Source: a bacterium (GTDB lineage Bacteria; Zhuqueibacterota; Zhuqueibacteria; Residuimicrobiales; Krinioviventaceae). Taken from it: a stretch of 64,000 nt of DNA. How positions within the stretch are numbered: position 1 is the stretch's first letter; each line of letters opens with the position of its first letter. Both the position numbers and the translations under genes were made by a program. The notes under the pieces are model-generated. The model saw nothing but the letters and a program-made list of their open reading frames with translations. It was not told the DNA's origin and ran no database searches. The DNA is taken from positions 544,001-608,000 of the forward strand of contig CAXXFV010000023.1 in the NCBI GenBank assembly GCA_963674595.2, in the 5' to 3' direction. Of the stretch, positions 52,979 to 63,548 are shown piece after piece.

Positions 52979-53938
52979 ATGGCCTCATCTAACCTTGACA
53001 TAAATATTAAAAAAGATTTTGTTTCAATAGTCGTTGCCCTGGCTAACGATGTGGATAAAGTCGAACAGCTTTATGAAAACCTGCAAAAATCTTTTGAAAA
53101 ATCTGAAATTATTTTTGTAGACAATGGCAGCCAGGACGGAACCTGGAGAAAATTAAACGAAATCAGCAAAGATTCCCATCATGTAAAATTGGTCCGTTTG
53201 CGTTCCCAGTTCAGCGAATCGATCGTTCTGGATGCCGGTTTGCAGGCAGCGAGCGGGGACAAGATTTTATTTTTTACAACACGTGTTTGCATCAATACAA
53301 CGCAGTTACCGGTTTTTATAGACCGTTTGAATGATAATGCTGATATTGTCGTTGGTGTACGTTCACCACGGCGTGATTCATGGTTGAATCGGTTTGTGTC
53401 CAGGTTGTTTAATAAAATAACAAAACAAATTACCAAAGTTGATTTACAGGATGTCAACAGCGGTGTTTTTGCCGCCAAAAGAGTAGTGTTTGAAAGTGTT
53501 CCTTTTTACGGATCGTTAAACACCTTTTTACCGGTTATTGCCCATCGCCAGGGATTCCGGCTTGTTGAAGAAAAAATTGAACAACTGCCCGGTAAATTCG
53601 ATCAGTCCTGGTATCCTAAAAATTATATACGCCGGTTACTTGATTTGATCAGTGTAACCTTTTTAAGCAATTATTCAAAACGCCCCCTGCATTTTTTAGG
53701 TTTTCTTGGGGCTGTTTTTACAATTATCGGTGCGCTCATTAGTTTTTATTTGTTTGTTTATAGAATTTTTGGTTTTGGTCCCATTGCCGGCAGACCCATG
53801 CTGCTGCTGGGAACAATGCTTTTGATCATCGGTATTCAAATGATTTCCATCGGCTTGCTGGCGGAAATGATAATTTATACCCATGCTTCAGAAATTAAAG
53901 AATATAACATTGAAGAAATTATAGATACGACCGAATAA
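52979..53938 (+). CDS. GT2 ArnC/GtrB-like paralog lacking the DxD motif
   Basis: 'VDNGSQDGT', 'R.R.DS' and two C-terminal TM are kept, but the DxD position reads 'FFTTRVCIN'. Confidence 0.8.
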   Translation: MASSNLDINIKKDFVSIVVALANDVDKVEQLYENLQKSFEKSEIIFVDNGSQDGTWRKLNEISKDSHHVKLVRLRSQFSESIVLDAGLQAASGDKILFFTTRVCINTTQLPVFIDRLNDNADIVVGVRSPRRDSWLNRFVSRLFNKITKQITKVDLQDVNSGVFAAKRVVFESVPFYGSLNTFLPVIAHRQGFRLVEEKIEQLPGKFDQSWYPKNYIRRLLDLISVTFLSNYSKRPLHFLGFLGAVFTIIGALISFYLFVYRIFGFGPIAGRPMLLLGTMLLIIGIQMISIGLLAEMIIYTHASEIKEYNIEEIIDTTE

Positions 53939-53958
53939 AAAAGTTTGGAGATTTATAA

Positions 53959-55410
53959 ATGTTGGATGTACTGCTCGTTAATCCTTCAAATACATTACAT
54001 CAATATGGCAGCAATAAGGACATGGTTCCGATCGGCATGTTATGGATTGCCGGGACAATGGAAAAAGCAGGATATTCGGTCCGTATTTTAGATTTGGAAT
54101 TTGGACAGGACAATCTGGAACAGGCATTACAGGAAGACAAACCCCGTGTTGTAGGAATTGCCGGAACGTCTGTCAGCCGGTTTGGCGCGTTTCAAATTGC
54201 CCAGTTGGCAAAACAGGTCAATCCGAATGTTGTAACTGTTTACGGCGGGTCGCATGCCACGTTTACAGCACAGGACACGATGGAACATGTTCCTGAAATT
54301 GATATCATTGTCCGGGGTGAGGGCGAAGAGAGCATGCTTGAGATTATGCAATGTCTTGATGCCAAAAGCAGCGAATATTCCAAAATTTTGGGTATCAGTT
54401 ATCGTGATAATAATTTGATCCTGCATAATGAGGCGCGGCCCCGAATTCAGGATTTGGACGGTATCCCGACCCCGGCGCGGCATTTGGTGGATATGGATCA
54501 ATATGAAATGACCCTGGACCTGCTTAATCATAAAGCCGCATCGATTATTACTTCACGCGGATGTCCCATTAATTGTTCGTTTTGTTCAGCCAGTTTTATG
54601 TTTGGCCGGACATTGACAACGCGCAGCGCTAAAAACGTTGTTGACGAAATGGAACACGTCCTCACAAATTATGACGTCAAAGGATTCAAAGTTTTTGACA
54701 GCACCTTTACACTGCTGCGTCGCCATGCTGAAAGTATTTGTGATGAAATTATTGCCAGAAAACTTGAATTTCCATGGGAATGCGAAATTCGGGTCAATAC
54801 TGTTGATCCCCCGCTTTTGGAAAAGATGCGCAAGGCCGGTTGTTATCTCGTGGACTTTGGTATTGAATCGGCAAGTGAGCGCGTGTTGAAACGAATGCAT
54901 AAAAATATCAACCTGGACCAGGTTGACCAGGTGTTAAAATGGACAAATGATTTGGGAATTTCACAGCGGGCATTTTTTACGTTCGGACATATTGAAGAGA
55001 CTGTGGAAGATGCTGAAATTACTTTTAATTATATCAAAGAACGTTTGAATAAAATTTCCCTGTTGGGAATCGGCGTGGGCATACGAATTTATCCCGGTAC
55101 CGAAGTGGAACGTTATGCCCTTTCGCAGGGTTACCTGGACGGATTTTCATGGTCCGAACCCTATTCCAGTCCGGGAAATAACATCCTAAGTTTGTCGGAA
55201 AATATCCCAACGTTGATTCAGCCGCAGTTGGGATATGAAGAACTGCACGCAATTAACAAAAAAGTCCTTACGTTGCAGGCCCGGAATCCACGTTTTATTA
55301 TTAGACGAATTTTAAAATCACATTCAAAAGCGGATTTTAAAAGATACGTGGGTATTTTTAAACGACTGGTCCGTTCATGGTTGTCAAATAAAAAGAAAAA
55401 AACAGCGTAA
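53959..55410 (+). CDS. Cobalamin-binding radical SAM protein
   Basis: B12-binding N-domain 'GGSHAT...GEGE'; 'TSRGCPINCSFC'; 'GIES'. Confidence 0.93.
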   Translation: MLDVLLVNPSNTLHQYGSNKDMVPIGMLWIAGTMEKAGYSVRILDLEFGQDNLEQALQEDKPRVVGIAGTSVSRFGAFQIAQLAKQVNPNVVTVYGGSHATFTAQDTMEHVPEIDIIVRGEGEESMLEIMQCLDAKSSEYSKILGISYRDNNLILHNEARPRIQDLDGIPTPARHLVDMDQYEMTLDLLNHKAASIITSRGCPINCSFCSASFMFGRTLTTRSAKNVVDEMEHVLTNYDVKGFKVFDSTFTLLRRHAESICDEIIARKLEFPWECEIRVNTVDPPLLEKMRKAGCYLVDFGIESASERVLKRMHKNINLDQVDQVLKWTNDLGISQRAFFTFGHIEETVEDAEITFNYIKERLNKISLLGIGVGIRIYPGTEVERYALSQGYLDGFSWSEPYSSPGNNILSLSENIPTLIQPQLGYEELHAINKKVLTLQARNPRFIIRRILKSHSKADFKRYVGIFKRLVRSWLSNKKKKTA

Positions 55411-55432
55411 TGTTTTTAATTTAAGGAAACGA

Positions 55433-56404
55433 ATGAAGTTAATTATTCAAATTCCCTGCTATAATGAACAAGAAACCTTGCCGGAAACCTTGGCTGATTT
55501 GCCGGATAAAATCGATGGGATTGACTGCATTGAGGTGTTGATTATAAACGACGGCAGTACCGATGATACCGTTAAAATAGCCAAAGAACACGGTGTTCAA
55601 CATATTGTCAATTTTCCGCAAAATAAGGGACTGGCTATGGGTTTTACAGCCGGTCTTGATGCCTGTTTAAAATTGGGCGCTGATATCATTGTCAATACAG
55701 ATGCTGATAATCAGTATAACGGAAGTGATATTGTCAGGCTGGTAGAGCCGATTGTAAAAGGCCAGGCGGAAATTGTTATCGGCGACCGCAACACAAACGA
55801 TATTCAACATTTTTCCTGGACAAAAAAACAGTTACAACAATTGGGTAGCTGGGTGGTCCGGCAGCTTTCCGATACGGACATTCCGGACACTACCAGCGGG
55901 TTCCGTGCCCTGTCACGTGATGCTGCTATTCAGATGAATGTTGTCACCCGGTTTACATATACCTTGGAAACAATTATTCAAGCCGGGAAAAAGAATTTAA
56001 TTACCACTCACGTGCCGATAGATACAAATCCAAAACTGCGGGAATCTCGATTATTCAAAAGTAACTGGAGTTATATCAAACGATCCATGGCGACCATTAC
56101 CCGCATTTATGCCATGTATGAGCCGTTGAAATTGTTTAGTTATATCGGCGGTGTTACTTTTTTAGGCGGTGTGCTGGTTGGTTTGCGGTTTTTATATTTT
56201 TATTTGACCGAACAAGGTTCCGGACATATCCAGTCGTTGATTCTGACATCTATTTTGTTAATTGTCGGATTTCAGATTATCGTCATGGGTTTGCTGGCGG
56301 ACATTATTGGTTCAAACCGTCAGTTGATAGAAAATGTCCTCTATCGGGTAAAAAAAATAGAATTCAAACAACTTGAAAAAAACGACACAACGGAGCAGGA
56401 TTAG
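55433..56404 (+). CDS. GT2 glycosyltransferase with C-terminal TM helices
   Basis: 'IPCYNE', 'DGSTD', 'TDADNQY', 'DTTSGFRA'. Confidence 0.92.
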   Translation: MKLIIQIPCYNEQETLPETLADLPDKIDGIDCIEVLIINDGSTDDTVKIAKEHGVQHIVNFPQNKGLAMGFTAGLDACLKLGADIIVNTDADNQYNGSDIVRLVEPIVKGQAEIVIGDRNTNDIQHFSWTKKQLQQLGSWVVRQLSDTDIPDTTSGFRALSRDAAIQMNVVTRFTYTLETIIQAGKKNLITTHVPIDTNPKLRESRLFKSNWSYIKRSMATITRIYAMYEPLKLFSYIGGVTFLGGVLVGLRFLYFYLTEQGSGHIQSLILTSILLIVGFQIIVMGLLADIIGSNRQLIENVLYRVKKIEFKQLEKNDTTEQD

Positions 56405-56412
56405 GAGAACGA

Positions 56413-57576
56413 ATGAAAGTTTATATGCTGGGTCCTACTTACCCGTTTCGGGGTGGTATTGCTCATTATACAACCTTGTTATTTCGTGCCTTTAAAAAGG
56501 TACATGATATTACTTTTTGCGCTGTTAAACGGCAATACCCTTTATGGCTTTTTCCCGGTAAAACCGATAAAGATTCAAGTCAGGATGCCCTGAAAGAAGA
56601 TGGTGTAAAATATATGCTGGATTCCATGAATCCGTTTACCTGGCTGCAAATTGTTTTGGACATAAAAAAACAAAAACCCGATGTTGTTATCATTCCCTGG
56701 TGGGTCTCTTTTTGGACCATACACTTTTTGTTTATCGGCGGATGTGTTCGGTTATTTAAACTGTCAAAACTGGCGTTTATATGCCATACGGTCGTTGAAC
56801 ATGAATCCAACTGGTTTTATCGACTTTGCACAAAGTCGGTATTGCGTAACGGTGATTATTTTATTGTCCATTCCAAAGAAGACAGACGTCTGCTTAACGA
56901 ACTCATACCCAACGCACAGGTTGTTCTAAAAGCGCATCCTACCTATGATTTTTTCAGCGCCGAAGGGTATGATCCTCAGGAATCGCGTAAAGAATTGGGC
57001 TTAAAAGAGAGCGATATCGTTTTGTTGTTTTTCGGGTTTATTCGTCAGTATAAAGGCGTACCTTATTTGCTGGATGCCCTGAAAATTTTAAAAGATAAAT
57101 TACCCAATGTCAAATTGTTGCTGATTGGTGAAGCCTGGCATGAAGAAGAAGATAATATTTCAGCTAAAATAAAAGAAACGCAGACAGAGGATTTTATCAT
57201 TCGTCACAATGACTATATCCCCAACGAAAAAGTCGGGACCTATTTCACGGCTTCGGACCTGGTCATTTTCCCATACAGTTCCGGAACAGCCGGCGGTGTT
57301 ATTCAGGTTGCCTATGCGTTCCATAAACCTGTCGTTGCTACATCGTTAAGTTGTTTTATGGAAATTGTTAAAGACGGTGAGACCGGTTTTCTGGTGGAAC
57401 CGCAAAGCGGTGACAGTATTGCCCAGGCTGTTTTAAATTTAGTTAAAGACGGTGATTTGGACATGTCCCGTTTGGAACAGATAAAGTCTCAGGTGATTGA
57501 ACATAACAAAAATTTTAGCTGGGACAGTATGGTTGAAGCCATTGCCGGTGGTTGGGAAAAACTAGAGAAAAAATAA
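56413..57576 (+). CDS. GT4 glycosyltransferase
   Basis: 'PFRGGIAHY', 'FFGFIRQYKG', 'DGETGFLV'. Confidence 0.92.
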   Translation: MKVYMLGPTYPFRGGIAHYTTLLFRAFKKVHDITFCAVKRQYPLWLFPGKTDKDSSQDALKEDGVKYMLDSMNPFTWLQIVLDIKKQKPDVVIIPWWVSFWTIHFLFIGGCVRLFKLSKLAFICHTVVEHESNWFYRLCTKSVLRNGDYFIVHSKEDRRLLNELIPNAQVVLKAHPTYDFFSAEGYDPQESRKELGLKESDIVLLFFGFIRQYKGVPYLLDALKILKDKLPNVKLLLIGEAWHEEEDNISAKIKETQTEDFIIRHNDYIPNEKVGTYFTASDLVIFPYSSGTAGGVIQVAYAFHKPVVATSLSCFMEIVKDGETGFLVEPQSGDSIAQAVLNLVKDGDLDMSRLEQIKSQVIEHNKNFSWDSMVEAIAGGWEKLEKK

Positions 57577-57581
57577 TATTT

Positions 57582-58475
57582 ATGGAAAATTTAGCAGACC
57601 AGAATGTCGACGTGTCGGTTGTTATCCCTTCCTATAACCAGCGGCACTATATTGAAAAAGTTTTGGATTCTTTACAAGAACAACAAACCCGGTATCGCTA
57701 TGAAGTGATTGTCGTTGACAGCGGCACAGACCATTCGGATGAATTGGTAAAAGATAAATATCCGTGGGTCAAACTTATCCGCTTGCAGGAGAGGGCCCAT
57801 CCCGGCAAGGGACGTAATGTCGGTGTGGAACAGGCCCAATCGGATATCATTGCCTTTACCGATACCGATTGCCGTCTCGACAAAACATGGATCGAATCTT
57901 CTGTTTCTGCCATTAAAAACGGCAGCAAAATAGTAACCGGTCCGGTGAAAAATGGGACCCCGTTTTCAATATTCGGCACGTTGGAATATCTTTTGGAATT
58001 TTATGATTCCTTTGATATTATCAATGGAGAGAAAAAAGGCCCGGTACCCACATTGAATGTTATTTATCATAAATCTATATTGGAAAAATTTGGTCCTTTC
58101 GATGATTATGTAAAAGGAAGTGACAGCCGCCTTTCCCGAAGAGCATTGGATGCCGGTGAAAAAATTATTTTTGAGCCGCAGATGCGTGTCTGGCACCATA
58201 ACCGAACGGCTTTGAAAAAAGTATTAAAAAACCAGTATGACCTTGGAAAAGGCGCTGCGCGTACAAGTCAGGAATATACGCTTCATGGCAGAGTTTTAAC
58301 GAAATACCCTGTTCTCATTCCACTGATTCCGCTGATCAAATCCTGGCGTATCGGCTGGATACTTGCCCGTAAATGTATTAAAATATTCGGACTTTATATT
58401 TTGTGGTATCCGTTGGTGCTCGTTGGATTGTGCGCCTATGGCAGGGGGTATGCAAATGGTGTAAAAGGAGATTAA
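57582..58475 (+). CDS. GT2 glycosyltransferase
   Basis: 'VIPSYN', 'VVDSG', 'GRNVG', 'FTDTDC'. ATG 57582 preferred. Confidence 0.9.
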   Translation: MENLADQNVDVSVVIPSYNQRHYIEKVLDSLQEQQTRYRYEVIVVDSGTDHSDELVKDKYPWVKLIRLQERAHPGKGRNVGVEQAQSDIIAFTDTDCRLDKTWIESSVSAIKNGSKIVTGPVKNGTPFSIFGTLEYLLEFYDSFDIINGEKKGPVPTLNVIYHKSILEKFGPFDDYVKGSDSRLSRRALDAGEKIIFEPQMRVWHHNRTALKKVLKNQYDLGKGAARTSQEYTLHGRVLTKYPVLIPLIPLIKSWRIGWILARKCIKIFGLYILWYPLVLVGLCAYGRGYANGVKGD

Positions 58476-58484
58476 CGAAAAAAC

Positions 58485-59825
58485 ATGTCGTCAATAAAAA
58501 ATGGAGTAGATGTAACAAAGCCTCATATTGCCTATCTTTTGAACTATTTTCCGGTTTTGTCAGAGACCTTTATTTTTTCTGAAATTAAAAATTTAAAAAA
58601 CAGAGGGGTGAATATTCATCTCTTTTCGCTGTTTTATGTTGTAAAAGAAAAAAGGAATCCCCAGGCAGAATCTTATCTAAAAGACACCTGTTATATTTTT
58701 CCACAACTATCTTTGTGGTCGCTAGTCGGCTCACATTTGTATTTTATCAGTCATCATCCTGTTCGTTATTTCAAAACATTATTTTTTGCTTTAAAATACC
58801 AGAGTTTTAAAATACTTTTTGCAACCTTTTTTAAGCTGTGTTTTACAAATGCAAAAAAGAGAACCAGTTATACAAATAAAGAAAAACAAAGTTTGCTTGT
58901 GCACTTTATGCTGGTCATGCCCTTTGCCAGAAAAATTGAAAATTTAAAGGTGCAGGCAATCCATGCCCATTTGGCGGATACGGCGACAAGCTTTTCCATG
59001 CTTGCGTCTATGTTGTGTAACGTTCCCTACAGCTTTACCACACATGCTACGGATTTATTTGTCAATCCGGTACTTTTGCAGGAAAAAATCAATCGGTCCA
59101 GATTTGTTGTGACTTGTACGAAATATAATAAAAAATACCTTGAGGAAGCCTATCCTCAAATCGACATTAACAAGGTCCATGTTATTTATCATGGCGTGGA
59201 TATTGATGCCTTTATACCGGCTGCAAAACGCAAAAAATCAGAAAAGCCTGTTCTGTTAACAGTCGGCAGACTGGTGAAAAAGAAGGGACTGATTTTTTTG
59301 TTACATGCCTTGAAATCTTTAAAAGAAAACAACATACCTTTTCAATATAAACTCATTGGAGACGGTCCGGAACGTTCGCATTTGGAGCTGTTTGTTCGTA
59401 TTAATCAGTTAACAGACTGTGTGACATTTTGCGGTAAAGTGTCGCCGGATGATATGCTTCAGTATTACCAGACAGCGGATATGTTTGTTTTACCCTGTGT
59501 TGTAACAGAAGAAGGAGACCGTGACGGTATTCCCAATGTTATTGCTGAAGCCATGAGTTGTAATGTGCCGGTTGTTGCCAGTGAAATTTCCGGTATCCCG
59601 GAACTGGTGGTTAATGGTGAAACCGGGCTTTTGGTCCCGTCTTATGATGTGGAATCGCTGATTACGGCCCTGACAACAATGCTGACAAAGCCGAGGAAAA
59701 GAAAACAAATGGGAGATAAATGCCGTCAGCGTGTGCTGGATGTTTTTAACAAGCATGAAAAGGATCAGGACTTGATCGATCTTTATATGCAGCAATATGC
59801 ATTAAATGAACCAGATAACAATTGA
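58485..59825 (+). CDS. GT4 glycosyltransferase (WcaL-like)
   Basis: 'FPVLSETFI', 'VGRLVKKKG', 'DRDGIPNVIAEAM'. Confidence 0.92.
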   Translation: MSSIKNGVDVTKPHIAYLLNYFPVLSETFIFSEIKNLKNRGVNIHLFSLFYVVKEKRNPQAESYLKDTCYIFPQLSLWSLVGSHLYFISHHPVRYFKTLFFALKYQSFKILFATFFKLCFTNAKKRTSYTNKEKQSLLVHFMLVMPFARKIENLKVQAIHAHLADTATSFSMLASMLCNVPYSFTTHATDLFVNPVLLQEKINRSRFVVTCTKYNKKYLEEAYPQIDINKVHVIYHGVDIDAFIPAAKRKKSEKPVLLTVGRLVKKKGLIFLLHALKSLKENNIPFQYKLIGDGPERSHLELFVRINQLTDCVTFCGKVSPDDMLQYYQTADMFVLPCVVTEEGDRDGIPNVIAEAMSCNVPVVASEISGIPELVVNGETGLLVPSYDVESLITALTTMLTKPRKRKQMGDKCRQRVLDVFNKHEKDQDLIDLYMQQYALNEPDNN

Positions 59826-59845
59826 AATGATGTAAAGGATTTTAA

Positions 59846-60841
59846 ATGAATGTTTTAATTACCGGTGGAGCGGGATTTGTTGGACGACATATAACAAAAC
59901 GATTTCTGAAACTGGGACATGATGTCACCGTTGTTGATAATTTTTATCCGGGTTCCGGTTGTATACAATTAAATGACTGGCCGGAACATCTCAAACCATC
60001 GGCAGGACAAAATCTAATAGTTGTTCAACAGGACTGCCGGGAATTTTTTAAAGAAAATTTAGAGTCAGCGGACAAGTTTGATATTGTCGTTCATTTGGCT
60101 GCCATTGTCGGCGGGCGTATGGTGATTGAATATCAACCTCTGGCAGTTGGTGTGGACCTGTCTATTGATGCCGAATTTTTTTACTGGCTCTCCAAAATTG
60201 ATTATAAACCCCATCGAATTCATTATTTTAGTTCATCTGCCGCATATCCGATTCATTATCAGCGTAAAGAAGAGTCTAAAATTTTAACCGAAGATATGAT
60301 CAATTTTAACGGTGGTTTTATCGGTGAACCGGACCTGACCTATGGATGGACCAAATTGACCGGTGAATTTTTGGCCAAACTGGCCCATCAGAAACATGGT
60401 CATTACATTACCTGTTACCGGCCATTTTCCGGTTACGGCGAAGACCAGGACCTGTCCTATCCGTTTCCGGCCATTCTGCAGCGGGCCATGCGTAAGGAAA
60501 ACCCAATGACGGTTTGGGGAAGCGGACAGCAATCGCGTGATTTTATTTATATTGAAGATTGTATAGACGGCATGCTCACCGTCAGCGAAAAAATCGGTGA
60601 TGGTTCCGGCGTTAATTTATCCACAGGCATTGCCACCACTTTTAACGAATTGGCACGATTATGCTATGTTGTTGCTAACGAATCTGATGATAATTTGACC
60701 ATCCAGAATACCGCCAGCAAGCCGGAAGGTGTTTTTGCACGTGTCGGTTCTACAAAATTTCAACAAGAGTTGGGCTTTCAATACAAGACATCATTGAAAG
60801 AAGGCATAGAAATTTCTTATAACTATATGAAAAATAATTAG
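59846..60841 (+). CDS. NAD-dependent nucleotide-sugar epimerase/dehydratase
   Basis: 'ITGGAGFVG', 'HLAA', 'SSSAAY', 'YGWTK', 'RDFIY'. Confidence 0.92.
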   Translation: MNVLITGGAGFVGRHITKRFLKLGHDVTVVDNFYPGSGCIQLNDWPEHLKPSAGQNLIVVQQDCREFFKENLESADKFDIVVHLAAIVGGRMVIEYQPLAVGVDLSIDAEFFYWLSKIDYKPHRIHYFSSSAAYPIHYQRKEESKILTEDMINFNGGFIGEPDLTYGWTKLTGEFLAKLAHQKHGHYITCYRPFSGYGEDQDLSYPFPAILQRAMRKENPMTVWGSGQQSRDFIYIEDCIDGMLTVSEKIGDGSGVNLSTGIATTFNELARLCYVVANESDDNLTIQNTASKPEGVFARVGSTKFQQELGFQYKTSLKEGIEISYNYMKNN

Positions 60842-60852
60842 TATTTTTCAAC

Positions 60853-61680
60853 TTGAAAGAACAATGTAAAAACTTGATTGTCAATGCCGATGACTTGGGA
60901 TATTCGGAAAAAATTAATCAGGGTATCATTCGTTCTATTCAAAATGGAATTGTGACAAGTGTTTCATTAATGGCAAACGGCAATGCTTTTGACCATGCCG
61001 TAGAATTTTTAAAAAATAATCCGACTGTTTCTGTCGGCTGGCATATTAACCTGACGGCCGGAAAACCTTTATCGGCAGCGTCGAAAATTAATACGCTGGT
61101 GGACAAAACCGGCAGGTTTTATTCGAAACGGGGATTTGTTTCAAGGACGCTTTTGTCCCGAATAAATCCATTGCATGTTCAACAGGAACTGCAAGCCCAG
61201 TATGAAAAAATCCAAAAAACCGGATTGACGATTTCACATATTGACAGTCATCATGATATTCATTGTCTTCCGGTTGTGATGAACAAAATTAACGCCTATA
61301 GAGAATCCGTACGTTTTATTCGATTTGTAAATAGCGGTGTTTTACCGTGGAGCTATTCGCCTTATTCTTCAGCGCTTATAAGCCTGATTCAAAAAGTGAT
61401 GGTCCGAAAAAGTTATCATTTTCCACGATTCTTTTTTACCGGTTATGAACTGCTTTGGAAAAAGTCAAAGATTAAAGTTTTACAAAATTTGCTGAAAAAA
61501 CTGCCGGATGGAAAAACGGTCCTTTTTTGTCATCCCGGATTTTTTGACGAATTTAATAAAGAGATAAAATATAACCGGCAGCGCGAACTTGAAGTTAACG
61601 CTCTTTGCCATGAGAATATAAAAAAATTAATTTCCCAAAATAGAATTAACCTGGTTTCTTTTAATAATTACTATGATTAA
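60853..61680 (+). CDS. YdjC/ChbG/HpnK family carbohydrate deacetylase
   Basis: 'NADDLG', 'SVSLMAN', 'GWHINL', 'HIDSHH', 'CHPG', 'R..E..AL'. Confidence 0.92.
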   Translation: MKEQCKNLIVNADDLGYSEKINQGIIRSIQNGIVTSVSLMANGNAFDHAVEFLKNNPTVSVGWHINLTAGKPLSAASKINTLVDKTGRFYSKRGFVSRTLLSRINPLHVQQELQAQYEKIQKTGLTISHIDSHHDIHCLPVVMNKINAYRESVRFIRFVNSGVLPWSYSPYSSALISLIQKVMVRKSYHFPRFFFTGYELLWKKSKIKVLQNLLKKLPDGKTVLFCHPGFFDEFNKEIKYNRQRELEVNALCHENIKKLISQNRINLVSFNNYYD

Positions 61681-63547
61681 AATTGGAACTAAAAATATTT
61701 CCGCATCCTGGATGATCGCCGCAATTTGTGTTGTTGCGTTATTGGCGCGAATCGTTTTGATTCATCTGCGTTGGATCAATCCGGATGAAGGCGCTCACCT
61801 GATGGATGGACGTTTTATTCTGCAGGGCCTCACGCCCTATGTCGATTATAATGCGCGAATGCCGTTCTATATTTATTTAATTGCATTGTTTTTAAAACTA
61901 TTCGGGATTGGTTTTAGTGCAGGGCGTTTATTGCCTGTTTTTGCCTCTGTTGCCGGCGGCTGGATGATTTACCTTATCGCGAAAAGGCTTTGGAATGAAT
62001 CGGTCGGCTTAACGTCTGCCTCTTTTTATCTGTTCATACCGTTATCGCTTATATGGTCGCCTGTTGTAAAAGAAGAAACCGTTGGCGTGTTTTTTTGCTG
62101 TTTGGCCGTTTATATTCTATTATTGGGAGTTGAGAAAAAATCATCACTCAAATGGATGATTTTAGCAGGTATATTTTCAGCAATCGCTTATTATTCCAGG
62201 GCATCTATGGTCTATATCCCGGTTATTGCAGTTTTAATATTATATATTAAAAATCAAAATAATTTTGTAAAACGGTTTCTGCAATATTGTACCGGTTATC
62301 TTGTCATCGTTCTCGGCTGCTTTTTTTATTTTATTCCCAAAATGACATTTTCCGACTTTATGTCGCGTTCTCTGAATCCACTGTTTTTGGTTTGGAACAG
62401 ACTTTTTTTACTGTTGGGAGTATTGCCGGAAACACAAAAAATTACAGATGATTCCGGATTTCGTATTCTGGGTCAGGATTTTGCCCTAACGACCCAGGCG
62501 TGGCAGAACAGCCTTGTTTTTTGTTTGTTTTTAATGGCGGCTGTTGTTTTGCTTCTGATAAGCAAAAATAGCAATCGTGATAAAACTGCTGATGAAAACA
62601 CCAATTTTGTTGTCGGCTGGGCCGGTATTATCCTCTTTTTCTATTTATTACAGTCAGCAAACCGTGGTTTTTTTAGCCAATATTTTGTTGAGGCCATCCC
62701 GGCGTTGTCCATTACAGCGGCTGTTTTTTTAGAGCGTATTTTGGGTAATATGAATATCCTTAAAAAATTGGCAATGATTTGGATTCCCTTTTATCTGTTT
62801 TTTCTGGTGCAGTGGCGTTTGGAATATACCATTCAAATTGAGATGGTTCTGGCCTTTTCAATTATAATAATGTCTGTTTTTAGCTGGTTTATTTTAAAAC
62901 AAAGAAAATTTATAATCTATCTGCTGATGGTATCTGTACTTGGTTTCTATTTCATTTTTAATATGTTTATAAATAATGAACTGTTTTGTATTATCATTTC
63001 TATGGTTTTTTATTATTATTTGAGTCAGAAATTTAATAATATTAAAGTCAGAATCCCCGGTTATCTTTATTTTATTTTGTTTTTTACTTTTGTATACAGC
63101 GCCCTGTATTCGGGACGTTATATCGAATTCGGATACATGTCGGTCTGGTCTCCTAAAACCGTTCGCCAGGTAACTCGGCTTTTACATGAAGAAGGAAATG
63201 CATCCGACCAGGTTATTAGCGGTGGTACGATCTGGCCGTTTGAGGCAAATATGCAGCCCTATTTAAATATCCCGCATCCGACCGAGTTTGTTAAAAAATA
63301 TCGTCCAGAATTTGAGAAACAGTTTATACAAAACCGGCCCCAATTTGTTGTTCTGGATGGCTATACCCATCGCAAGTTTGAACGGTATTGGACATTTATT
63401 AAAGAACAAGTGCAATTAAATTATAAAGAAATCGGTAAATTTGAGGGGTCCAGATACCCTGTAGTGGTCTATAAATTAAATCCAACTGTAAATAATGAAT
63501 TAACCCCGGCATTGGCAGGTTTGCCTGTTCCCCTGGAAACTTTATAA
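61673..63547 (+). CDS. GT-C fold glycosyltransferase (ArnT/GT83-GT39-like)
   Basis: 'NPDEG' after TM1, 'P.Y', 'GRLL', many TM helices and a periplasmic C-terminal domain. Confidence 0.82.
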   Translation: MIKIGTKNISASWMIAAICVVALLARIVLIHLRWINPDEGAHLMDGRFILQGLTPYVDYNARMPFYIYLIALFLKLFGIGFSAGRLLPVFASVAGGWMIYLIAKRLWNESVGLTSASFYLFIPLSLIWSPVVKEETVGVFFCCLAVYILLLGVEKKSSLKWMILAGIFSAIAYYSRASMVYIPVIAVLILYIKNQNNFVKRFLQYCTGYLVIVLGCFFYFIPKMTFSDFMSRSLNPLFLVWNRLFLLLGVLPETQKITDDSGFRILGQDFALTTQAWQNSLVFCLFLMAAVVLLLISKNSNRDKTADENTNFVVGWAGIILFFYLLQSANRGFFSQYFVEAIPALSITAAVFLERILGNMNILKKLAMIWIPFYLFFLVQWRLEYTIQIEMVLAFSIIIMSVFSWFILKQRKFIIYLLMVSVLGFYFIFNMFINNELFCIIISMVFYYYLSQKFNNIKVRIPGYLYFILFFTFVYSALYSGRYIEFGYMSVWSPKTVRQVTRLLHEEGNASDQVISGGTIWPFEANMQPYLNIPHPTEFVKKYRPEFEKQFIQNRPQFVVLDGYTHRKFERYWTFIKEQVQLNYKEIGKFEGSRYPVVVYKLNPTVNNELTPALAGLPVPLETL

Positions 63548-63548
63548 T

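Noticed and set aside
53959-61680. Hopanoid biosynthesis cluster (HpnJ/HpnP-like radical SAM plus HpnK-like deacetylase)
   Set aside because: No squalene-hopene cyclase, hpnCDE, hpnH or hpnN in the window. The Wzx and GT context favours a surface glycan.
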